This document shows positions 37,065-45,360 of a stretch of DNA of 64,000 nt, one piece after another. The number at the start of each line of letters is the position of its first letter. The first letter of the stretch is position 1. Source of the DNA: a virus (Duplodnaviria > Caudoviricetes); the IMG/VR virus record IMGVR_UViG_3300007551_000004, positions 400-64,399 of that record. One strand, written 5' to 3'. Position numbers and translations under genes: made by a program. The notes below the pieces were generated by a model, which saw only the letters and a list, made by a program, of their open reading frames with translations, made no database searches and was not told the DNA's origin.

Positions 37065-37238
37065 ATGATGTACGAGTCGTACATTTTAGTTAAACATGCT
37101 AATTTTACTTATTCAGATGTAATATTAATGCCAATCTTTGAAAGAAGAAAATTCATTGATATTTTAATGGAAGAGAATGATAAGATTAAAGAAGCTAGAG
37201 AAAGAGAAATACAAAAATCTAAATCTAAGAGAGCATAA
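37065..37238 (+). CDS. Small chaperone partner, T4 gp51-like (possibly expressed as a frameshift fusion with the upstream gene)
   Basis: NFTYSDVILMPIFERRKFIDIL motif. The frame is open from at least 36975 and overlaps the upstream ORF in +1. Confidence 0.65.
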   Translation: MMYESYILVKHANFTYSDVILMPIFERRKFIDILMEENDKIKEAREREIQKSKSKRA

Positions 37239-37242
37239 ACTT

Positions 37243-37266
37243 AACCCACTGTCATGGTGGGTTTTT
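37243..37266 (+). terminator. Rho-independent terminator
   Basis: AACCCACT-GTCAT-GGTGGGTT followed by a T-run. Confidence 0.7.
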
Positions 37267-37278
37267 TATTTTATTCGA

Positions 37279-37285
37279 TATTTAT
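37279..37285 (+). promoter_or_regulatory. TATTTAT putative late-promoter motif
   Basis: 16 nt upstream of ATG 37302. Confidence 0.55.
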
Positions 37286-37301
37286 AATAAAAGAATTCGT
37301 T

Positions 37302-38060
37302 ATGAAAAAATATATAATAACTGAAAATCAATTAAAGGTTATATTAGAAAGGGCTGATGATACCCCAGAAAATTATTCTGATGTACCACCAATGTCATTT
37401 GACAATTTTTTAAAAGCAATTGAAAAAGATAACAATAAAAATGGTACATCTAGTAACAGAAGTGATGATATTAAGAGTTTTGCACTTGGGGCTGTTGCTG
37501 GAAATAGAGCTGAATACAATATTGATAAATCTGACAGCGCTTTAAAAGCAATCGCTGGTAAGTTTTATAAATCAATAAATGCGGGTTACGGTATTAACCC
37601 AGATGATGGTGTTCTTGCTGAATCTGAAGATTTATGTATTATTATAATGTGTATGGCTTATTATTACTACAAAGAAGGTAGTATTAAGAGTTTTAATGTT
37701 AGGGATGTTGATCTTGATTTTAGAAAAAACTATAATGAATTAAAAAGAACTAATTTATCCGATATAAGAGGTTTATTAAGAACCAAATTTGATGCCGATA
37801 TATTTGGGCGCCAGGATGACGATGATGAAAATCAAATTATAGTGGCTCCAAGAGGCGATAACCCTAGTTTCCAAGTTTACATTAATAAGAACAGTAGAAG
37901 AACAACAATGGTTAGGTTTAACTTTTTTGATAGCACGTCATTAAATTTTTTCTACAACGATTTTTTAAAGAATGATAAAAACATTAATTTAATTAGTAAG
38001 GCGATAAACAGAAGAGTTAGACCAAGATTAGATAACGGTTCACTAGTATTCCAATTTTAA
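37302..38060 (+). CDS. Hypothetical protein with N-terminal MKKYIITENQLK motif
   Basis: Start moved to ATG 37302 because the longer start lies inside the terminator and upstream of the TATTTAT motif. Confidence 0.7.
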   Translation: MKKYIITENQLKVILERADDTPENYSDVPPMSFDNFLKAIEKDNNKNGTSSNRSDDIKSFALGAVAGNRAEYNIDKSDSALKAIAGKFYKSINAGYGINPDDGVLAESEDLCIIIMCMAYYYYKEGSIKSFNVRDVDLDFRKNYNELKRTNLSDIRGLLRTKFDADIFGRQDDDDENQIIVAPRGDNPSFQVYINKNSRRTTMVRFNFFDSTSLNFFYNDFLKNDKNINLISKAINRRVRPRLDNGSLVFQF

Positions 38061-38064
38061 ATAA

Positions 38065-40662
38065 ATGGCTCAAGGGGATATTTCATCAGCATTAAATGAA
38101 CTCGTAAAAAAATTACAAGTAAATACTGCCGCTTCTTTAACAACAAGAAGTGAGATAGAAAGGTATGTCGGTGAAGTAATAGACTCTTATAGTGATGCTA
38201 TTGAAAAGAATAAAGAGGCTTATAACTGGGACGTTAAACGTGAATCATTATTTGGTTACTTTAAAAAAATATCGAAACATAGAGAACAATTAATTGAAGA
38301 TAAAATAGCTAGAAAAAAGGAGCTAGAGTTTTTAGAACAACAAATAAATCATTACGTAAAAAAAGAAAATGAGGCGATAAACTCTGGTAAAAGTAGGTTA
38401 TCTAAAGAATTATTTCAAAGAAGAGTTGAATTAGAAATACAAAAAAATGTTAAAGAGGCCATGGATGATGTGGCAAATACCGCAAAAACAGCTAGTAAAA
38501 GCGGTAACCCATATCTCGCAGCATTTTTAGTTGTTGGCGGTATTCTTATTGATGTTGGCAAAGCAATCCTTAGGGTTGGTTTAAGTATACTCAAAATAGG
38601 TTTTAGTTTCATAAAAGATTTTTTCGGAGCTGACTTTGGCGTATCAGCTGTATTCGAACTATTTTTAAAAATGCAATCAATATCGGGTAATATATCCGCA
38701 AATATTGGTTTAGTTAGTAAAGAGTATATTAGGTTCTATGAAAACATGCCTAAAATATATAACGAGGTTTTAGATGTTGGTGGTAGTTTAGAAGATGTAC
38801 AAACGGTTGTTGAGAAATTAAGTGATGTTACTGGTAGGTCGAATATTTTGGAAGGCCCTATGTTTAAGAGGGTTATTGAACTTGGTTTAGGGACTGGTCT
38901 TGGGGTTGAGAATGCAACCGAATTAATTGGTAATTTCCAGAATTTAGGTTATTCAATGGATAAAACCTTAGAATTTACTGATTTTGTTAGGGACAAATCA
39001 ATGCGTGTCTCGATGAACCAAACAAAGGTTTTATCAAAAGTTAATCAATTGGTGGTTTCGCTAACTGGTTTTGGTGTTAATCGTGGTTTAAAGGCGATGA
39101 CAAATTTAGTTATAGATGCACAAAGATTAAGACTCGATGTTAACGATAGTGTTGACAAATTTAAAGACGCTTTTACTGATCCAGAAAAAGCCGTTGAGGT
39201 TGCGGCAACAGCAAACCTACTTGGTGGTAAGTTCGCATTTTATTTTGGAAACACATTTACTTTAATGGCTAAAAGTATGTATGAGCCTCAAGAGTTAACT
39301 GCCGAATTATTAGAATCTTTAAAAGATAAAGCTTTTAAGGGTAAAGACGGCAAATACCAGATAGCCCCAGCTGATAGAGAAATTATTAGGGAGTTCGCTA
39401 AATCAATAGGCCAGGACAACCCAGATGAATTATTTAATGTTGCAATTGAACAATCTAAGTTTGCAGATAAAATTGAAGCGTTAGGTAAAAGGTTTGGGTC
39501 AATTACATCGATAAATGAAGAACAAAGGGTATTATTAACAAACTTAATGACCATGAATGAGGATGGTTCATATAGTATTAAATTATCTAGTGGTGCTAAA
39601 ATGCTATTGTCAGAAATACCTAGTATTAATACAATATATAATGAATTAAGGCAAGAAAGAAAAAATAACGAATCGGCTCTATTAAGAAAAAATTTGGCGG
39701 AAAGAATTGGAATTGCTATAGAAAGATTTAATGTTGGTTTTTCACAGATATTCGTTGTAATGGATAGATATTTTAGAAATTCAAATGTAATAAATCACTT
39801 GGATGAGACTTTAAAGGGTATGTCTATAATGGAAGGTGATTTCTTTAACGATTTATTATCACCATCAGGTTCAATGGGTAATTTAATGAAAAATATTTTT
39901 AAGGCGGCAAATAGTTTTATTGATACAATATTAGGTATATGGCAAAATCCAGAATTAAACATATTCCAAGCCGTTTCAATGTCATTAGATTATATGATAA
40001 CACGAATAACAACTAAATTTATGGACCCTTTAAAATTTTATTTGGGTAGATTAGTTGAATTAATTGGAGTCGGTATTGATAAAGGTACAGGCGGTTTATT
40101 TGGTAAGGGTGTCGCTAGAACAGGTCTTCAAATGCAAAAAAAAGCAATTAGAAAATCTGGCGAAGGTGGTATATTCTACGAGACACATAAAACAGGTTTA
40201 AATGAAAGAATTAAAGAGTTTAACCAAAGACACGCTGAATCTATGTCTGGTGTTAAAATAAACACAGATGTTAATAAGAAATTAAATAACAAATCAAATA
40301 ATGTTGGTAATAAAATACCAACGGTAAAAAATGATGTAGTAAAACCAGTTGGTTTAGATGTTATTGCATTAAAAAATAGAAAAGAAACAAATACTAATGA
40401 TTTATTGGTTAGGGCTAACGGAGCAACCTTAATGGGTTCAAAGGGGGACGCTTTATTATTCTTTAATGAAATGGTTCTTGGAAATGCTATTGCAAACGCA
40501 AAACCAGAAGAAATTAATTTAGTTTTAAATGGAAAAATATCACATATTAAGAAAAATAAACAGCTTAGTTTGACAAATAAAAAATTGGATAAGACAATTA
40601 AATTATCATCTTCTATGTTAATTAAACAGGCAACAACAAATTTAGAAAATTCTGTGATATAA
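38065..40662 (+). CDS. Tape-measure-like protein 1
   Basis: 865 aa, helical and Ala/Gly/Leu-rich, directly after the chaperone pair; full-length similarity to the next gene. Confidence 0.75.
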   Translation: MAQGDISSALNELVKKLQVNTAASLTTRSEIERYVGEVIDSYSDAIEKNKEAYNWDVKRESLFGYFKKISKHREQLIEDKIARKKELEFLEQQINHYVKKENEAINSGKSRLSKELFQRRVELEIQKNVKEAMDDVANTAKTASKSGNPYLAAFLVVGGILIDVGKAILRVGLSILKIGFSFIKDFFGADFGVSAVFELFLKMQSISGNISANIGLVSKEYIRFYENMPKIYNEVLDVGGSLEDVQTVVEKLSDVTGRSNILEGPMFKRVIELGLGTGLGVENATELIGNFQNLGYSMDKTLEFTDFVRDKSMRVSMNQTKVLSKVNQLVVSLTGFGVNRGLKAMTNLVIDAQRLRLDVNDSVDKFKDAFTDPEKAVEVAATANLLGGKFAFYFGNTFTLMAKSMYEPQELTAELLESLKDKAFKGKDGKYQIAPADREIIREFAKSIGQDNPDELFNVAIEQSKFADKIEALGKRFGSITSINEEQRVLLTNLMTMNEDGSYSIKLSSGAKMLLSEIPSINTIYNELRQERKNNESALLRKNLAERIGIAIERFNVGFSQIFVVMDRYFRNSNVINHLDETLKGMSIMEGDFFNDLLSPSGSMGNLMKNIFKAANSFIDTILGIWQNPELNIFQAVSMSLDYMITRITTKFMDPLKFYLGRLVELIGVGIDKGTGGLFGKGVARTGLQMQKKAIRKSGEGGIFYETHKTGLNERIKEFNQRHAESMSGVKINTDVNKKLNNKSNNVGNKIPTVKNDVVKPVGLDVIALKNRKETNTNDLLVRANGATLMGSKGDALLFFNEMVLGNAIANAKPEEINLVLNGKISHIKKNKQLSLTNKKLDKTIKLSSSMLIKQATTNLENSVI

Positions 40663-40676
40663 AATGATCTAGTATC

Positions 40677-40683
40677 TATTTAT
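40677..40683 (+). promoter_or_regulatory. TATTTAT putative late-promoter motif
   Basis: 29 nt upstream of ATG 40713. Confidence 0.5.
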
Positions 40684-40712
40684 AGTTATAGAATAATGAT
40701 TAATATTATATT

Positions 40713-43505
40713 ATGGCTCAAGGCGATTTTTTTAAAAATTTAGACGCAACCATGAAAACCCTAGAACAGGCTAGGCAAAATGGTATTATTAGTGCAAGGG
40801 AAGAAGCTGAACATGTTAAAGACATGCTTTCAATGTATGATGCCATTAACGCAAAAAAAGCCGCTGGTAGGGAGTGGGATTTAAAAAGCCAAAGTATTTG
40901 GGGGAATATGAAAAGATTCTCTAAAGAAATGGCCCAAGACGCTGAAAATCTAAAGAAATCTAGAAAGGCGATAAAACAAACAGAAGATCAAATAAATAAC
41001 TTAGGTGTTGTTTATAACAAACTAATGGCCGAGGGTAAAAAGTCCACGGCTGATATGATTAAAAAGAAAAAGCAGCAATTAGAGATAGAGAAAGAGATAC
41101 AAGAAGTAAATTATGATACCGCAAAATCATCCGTAGGGTTTCTTGGTAAGAGCTTTAATATGATGGGTAAGGTAGGTGGTTTCATCACCAGTAATTTTAG
41201 TTGGTTAGGTGATATCTTTAAAAGCATATTGGGTACAGTGTGGAATATAGCAAAGGGCTTATTTGATATTATATTCCCGATAGAAAAAGCTTGGAAATTA
41301 TTTTTAGAATTACAAAGTGCTGTAGGAAACTTATCAGCCGATATTGGTATGACTTACCAAGAATACAGGTCGTTATTAAAAGAAGGATCTAGTATATATA
41401 ACGAAATAATAGGTTATGGTGGTAAGATAGAAGATATAGCTAAAATTATAAGAGGTTTTAGTGAAGAAACGGGTAAGAATAGAATATTTAGTCCAGAAGA
41501 GCTAACAGCTATCGTTAAATTAGGTTATAGTACTGGTTTAGCGGTTGATGGCGTAACTAAAATGGTTGCCGAATTCGATAATTTAGGTTATTCATTAGCA
41601 ACGACAATGAAAGTTGCGGACAAAGGTAGAAACATAGCTGCTAGATTCAATTTAAACCAAACTAAAGTATTAAAAACAACAACTGAGGTTGTCAAAAATT
41701 TAACTGGCGTTGGTTTTGGTAGGAGTGTGGAAGATTTAACCAAATTAGCGGCAAAAGCTGAAACACTTAGATTTAATCTAGCTGAATCGATTAATTCATT
41801 TAAGGATTCGTTCTTTAGCCCAGAAAAAGCCGTTGAAGCTGCCGCCAAAATTCAAGTACTTGGTGGAGAATTTGCTCAACAATTCGGTGACGCATTTTCA
41901 TTAATGAACGGTTCAATGAACGATGCTGATGGTATGTCTGAAAGATTAATAAAATCAGCTGCGAATCTAGCGGAAAAAAATTCTAAGGGTGAGTTTGTCA
42001 TCCCACCAGCACAAAGACAAATATTAAGAGAGGTTGCCGATGCACTTGGCCAGAATCCAGATGAAATGATAAAAGCTTCTGTTGAACAAGCCAAAGTTAT
42101 GGATAAAATGAACAGTCTGGCTAGAACTGGTGCTAACTTGATGGGTTTTAATGAGGAAGATAAAATGGCTTTATCTAACTTAATAACTATGAATAAAAAT
42201 GGTCAATACGAGATTAAGATGGCCAATGGTGTCAACCAATTATTAAGTACGATAACCAGTGAAGACCAATTAAAAGGTATATTGGCACAAAGAAAAGCTA
42301 ATGAAAATGCGGCTCAACAAAGGTTAAATCTTTCGGAAAGATTCCAAATCGTTTTGGATCGATTTGCTATTGGTTTAATGCCAATATTTACAAAATTAAA
42401 CGAATATCTAGAAGATGAAGGCACATTACAAAGAATAGAAAAATTAGGTAAGACAATTGCCGATGTAATGATGCCAGCTGTCGAAGCTTTATTCACACCA
42501 GGAGGTGTTCTTGATAAAGCGATAAGATTCTTTTTAACGGAATTTAATACATTCTTAACAGATGTACAAAAAATAATGAGTGGTGAGGGAACCTTTTTCC
42601 AAAAAATGCAAAAAGTTTTTGGAAAAGTTGTTGGTTTTGCAACTGAAACAATTTTACCGTATGTTAAAATAACTTTTGGTGAAATATTTAAAGCGCTTAA
42701 AGAATTACCATTTGTTGGTGATGCGTTTTTTAAAGCTGGTTTATCATTACAGGAAAGCGATAAGAGAACTTCAGATATCGCAAAAAGTATTGGTATTAAC
42801 AATGAGAAACCAATTGCCAATGAAATTAAAAAAGTTAGAAAAGAAGATGATCAATCTAGTTTTGGTGGAGACCTTCTAGGTGGTTTAGGTAACTATGTTA
42901 TGGGTACTGTTGATTTCTTAGGTGGTTTAGCAACATCAACTCTAGGTATGGAAAGTGCGGCACAAGATTTATATGCACACTCTTTTGCTAGATATAGAAG
43001 AGGTACAGCTGACTTTTCTGATGCCTTTACTGGTGGTAATGAAGCTAAACAAGCACTAACTACAGAAGCATTAAAAGGTGGAGGTTTTTCAGATCAAACA
43101 TATTTGGATTTAATGGGTCTTGACTTTGTTAAAGAAGGAGAATGGGAACGTAAGAATGGTCAAGATGTTAAAAAGGTGCAAGACGCCATGGTATACGCTA
43201 ATGGCCAATACATCAAAGGTGGTAAGGGTGATGCCGTTGCCTTCTTAGATGAATTAGCTTTTGGTCAAGCATATAAAAATGCTATGGGTGGTAATGGATC
43301 AAATACAACATTAACAGTAAACGTTTCTGGGGCAATTGAACATGACTCAGAAGACGGTAAACGAATAATAACAGCAAAAGAACTTTATGAATCAGACCCA
43401 CAAATGTTTGGTAAATTCATAGAAACCACAATGGCTAAACATGAATATGGTAGCGCAAACTATGTGGTTAATTTTGGTGTAACACCAATACAAAGTGTTG
43501 GATAA
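40713..43505 (+). CDS. Tape-measure-like protein 2 (paralog)
   Basis: 930 aa. Shares MAQGD, LFL..QS..GN.SA.IG, LGYS, PEKAVE.AA..Q/NLLGG and KGDA blocks with the upstream gene. Confidence 0.78.
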   Translation: MAQGDFFKNLDATMKTLEQARQNGIISAREEAEHVKDMLSMYDAINAKKAAGREWDLKSQSIWGNMKRFSKEMAQDAENLKKSRKAIKQTEDQINNLGVVYNKLMAEGKKSTADMIKKKKQQLEIEKEIQEVNYDTAKSSVGFLGKSFNMMGKVGGFITSNFSWLGDIFKSILGTVWNIAKGLFDIIFPIEKAWKLFLELQSAVGNLSADIGMTYQEYRSLLKEGSSIYNEIIGYGGKIEDIAKIIRGFSEETGKNRIFSPEELTAIVKLGYSTGLAVDGVTKMVAEFDNLGYSLATTMKVADKGRNIAARFNLNQTKVLKTTTEVVKNLTGVGFGRSVEDLTKLAAKAETLRFNLAESINSFKDSFFSPEKAVEAAAKIQVLGGEFAQQFGDAFSLMNGSMNDADGMSERLIKSAANLAEKNSKGEFVIPPAQRQILREVADALGQNPDEMIKASVEQAKVMDKMNSLARTGANLMGFNEEDKMALSNLITMNKNGQYEIKMANGVNQLLSTITSEDQLKGILAQRKANENAAQQRLNLSERFQIVLDRFAIGLMPIFTKLNEYLEDEGTLQRIEKLGKTIADVMMPAVEALFTPGGVLDKAIRFFLTEFNTFLTDVQKIMSGEGTFFQKMQKVFGKVVGFATETILPYVKITFGEIFKALKELPFVGDAFFKAGLSLQESDKRTSDIAKSIGINNEKPIANEIKKVRKEDDQSSFGGDLLGGLGNYVMGTVDFLGGLATSTLGMESAAQDLYAHSFARYRRGTADFSDAFTGGNEAKQALTTEALKGGGFSDQTYLDLMGLDFVKEGEWERKNGQDVKKVQDAMVYANGQYIKGGKGDAVAFLDELAFGQAYKNAMGGNGSNTTLTVNVSGAIEHDSEDGKRIITAKELYESDPQMFGKFIETTMAKHEYGSANYVVNFGVTPIQSVG

Positions 43506-43522
43506 AAAAAAAATTAAAACAA

Positions 43523-43529
43523 TATTTAT
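43523..43529 (+). promoter_or_regulatory. TATTTAT putative late-promoter motif
   Basis: 5 nt upstream of ATG 43535. Confidence 0.45.
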
Positions 43530-43534
43530 AAGAT

Positions 43535-44263
43535 ATGGGTCTTAAAAGTATATCTGGCGAATTTAGAACTACGATTTTAAATTTAAATTTACAGTCTCCA
43601 CCAGACGTGGTTACTGGTTTGGTTAATTTGACAAACTCTGTCACCGTAAGTGCTTATTTGGATTCAATAGGGCAAGATGCGTTAATAAACTATTATAATG
43701 TCAAAAATCCTGGGGATATCAATACAGATGGTATACCAGCGAGAACGTTAAATTTAAACAAGACATTAAACACACCAAATGACATTGTTACTGGTGTTAA
43801 CGATTTATCAGCTTCAGCTGCCTACGCTAGTTCTTTCTTGGATGGTAGAGGTGAAGTGACAAATATTAACGACTTTTCAAACGTAAACCCTGGTGATGTT
43901 TTAACAGAAGCCATCGACCCAAGAACATTAGATTTAAATAAAAACTTAAACACCCCAGCGGATATAACAGCTGGTGTTCAAGATTTGACACCAAACGGAG
44001 CTTTTTCTGTTCAATATTTATCTGGTAGGGGGTCATTCACAATTATAAATGACTTCAATGTTAAAAATCCAGGTGACGTCCTAACAGATGCAATTGACCC
44101 TAGAAATTTAGACTTAGCTAAAAACTTAAATACCCCAGCTGATATAACCTCAGGTGTTCAAGATTTGACGCCTAATCAAACTTTTGCAGCTCAGTATCTA
44201 TCTGGACGTGGATCGTTTTCAGTTATAAACGATTTTAACGTAATAAACCCTGGTGACGTATGA
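43535..44263 (+). CDS. N-terminal segment (repeat units 1-3) of the giant baseplate protein; ends at an in-frame TGA
   Basis: Same frame as 44417-52240. The repeat consensus continues across the stop. Confidence 0.75.
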   Translation: MGLKSISGEFRTTILNLNLQSPPDVVTGLVNLTNSVTVSAYLDSIGQDALINYYNVKNPGDINTDGIPARTLNLNKTLNTPNDIVTGVNDLSASAAYASSFLDGRGEVTNINDFSNVNPGDVLTEAIDPRTLDLNKNLNTPADITAGVQDLTPNGAFSVQYLSGRGSFTIINDFNVKNPGDVLTDAIDPRNLDLAKNLNTPADITSGVQDLTPNQTFAAQYLSGRGSFSVINDFNVINPGDV

Positions 44264-45360
44264 ACAGATGCCGTTGCACCAAGAAATTGATATTTTAGTA
44301 GGAACTTAAATACCCCAGCGGATATAGAAGATGGGTTAAATGATTTAAGTCCAAATGCAGCAATTGCCGCACAATACTTAGCTGGCAGAGGTTCATTTTC
44401 GGTAATAAATGATTATGTGGTTGCCAACCCAGGTACAGTATTAAGTGATGCAATACAACCAAGAATATTTAACTTTTCACAAACACTGGTAACACCGACA
44501 GATATTACTTCTGGCGTACAAAATTTAACACCAAACTCAATAATAGCTTCACAATATTTATCGGGTAAAGGTTCTTTTACACAAATAGGCACGTCACCAA
44601 ACTTAAACCCTGGCGATGTATTATCTGATGCGTTAACACCAAGACAATTAAACTTTAACAGAACATTAAATACTCCAGCAGACATAGACGCTGGTTTAAA
44701 CAACCTAAGTGGCGGATATGCCGCACAATATTTATCTGGACGTGGATCATTTTCGGTTATAAATGACTATACAAATGTAAATCCAGGTAATGTTCAATCT
44801 GATGCCGTTGCACCAAGACAATTAAACTTTAACAGAACATTAAATACCCCAGTTGATATCACAGCTGGTTTAAATAATCTTAGTGGTTCATTTGCAGCGC
44901 AATATTTATCTGGTAGAGGCACGGATACGACAATTAATGATTTCCCTAACTTAAACCCAGGTACCGTTTTATTACAGGCTTTAACACCAAGACAGTTAAA
45001 CCTTAATATGAACTTAAATACCCCAGTTGATATTACGGCTGGTTTAACAAATTTAAGTGGATCTATCGCTGCACAATACTTAGCTGGTAGAGGTACCGAT
45101 ACAGTTATTAACAATTTTAACGTACTAAACCCTGGTGACGTACTATCTGATGCGTTAACGCCAAGAGCGTTGAACTTATCAATGACATTAAATACACCAG
45201 GAGACATTACAACTGGTTTGGGTGATTTAACAGCAAACGCTGCTTTAACAGCTCAATATCTTTCTGGTAGAGGTACAATGACAACAATAAACACCATGCA
45301 AAATTCAAATCCTGGTGATGTTGTTACTATTGCAAACCCATTACGAATTAGTTTATTTAA
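43706..45360 (+). repeat. Coding tandem repeat: 9 full units of 58-60 aa plus a partial tenth
   Basis: NPG codons at 43706, 43886, 44066, 44246, 44426, 44606, 44780, 44954, 45128, 45308 (periods 180 x5, 174 x3, 180). Consensus NPGDVLsDA..PR.LN.N..LNTP.DIT.G...L.....AAQYLSGRG....INDF. Confidence 0.95.
44261..44290 (+). other. Two in-frame TGA codons interrupting a 2901-codon reading frame (43535-52240)
   Basis: GTA TGA ACA GAT GCC GTT GCA CCA AGA AAT TGA TAT. TGA at 44261-44263 and 44288-44290, at repeat positions 6 and 15 that are mostly Leu in the other units. Confidence 0.9.

Noticed and set aside
37254-37301. Longer N-terminus for ORF 37254-38060
   Set aside because: The start lies inside the terminator hairpin and upstream of the TATTTAT motif; ATG 37302 fits better
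43706-45360. Diversity-generating retroelement TR/VR pair or CRISPR array
   Set aside because: Differences between units are mostly synonymous third-position changes, not adenine-specific; no reverse transcriptase is in the window; the repeats are in-frame coding
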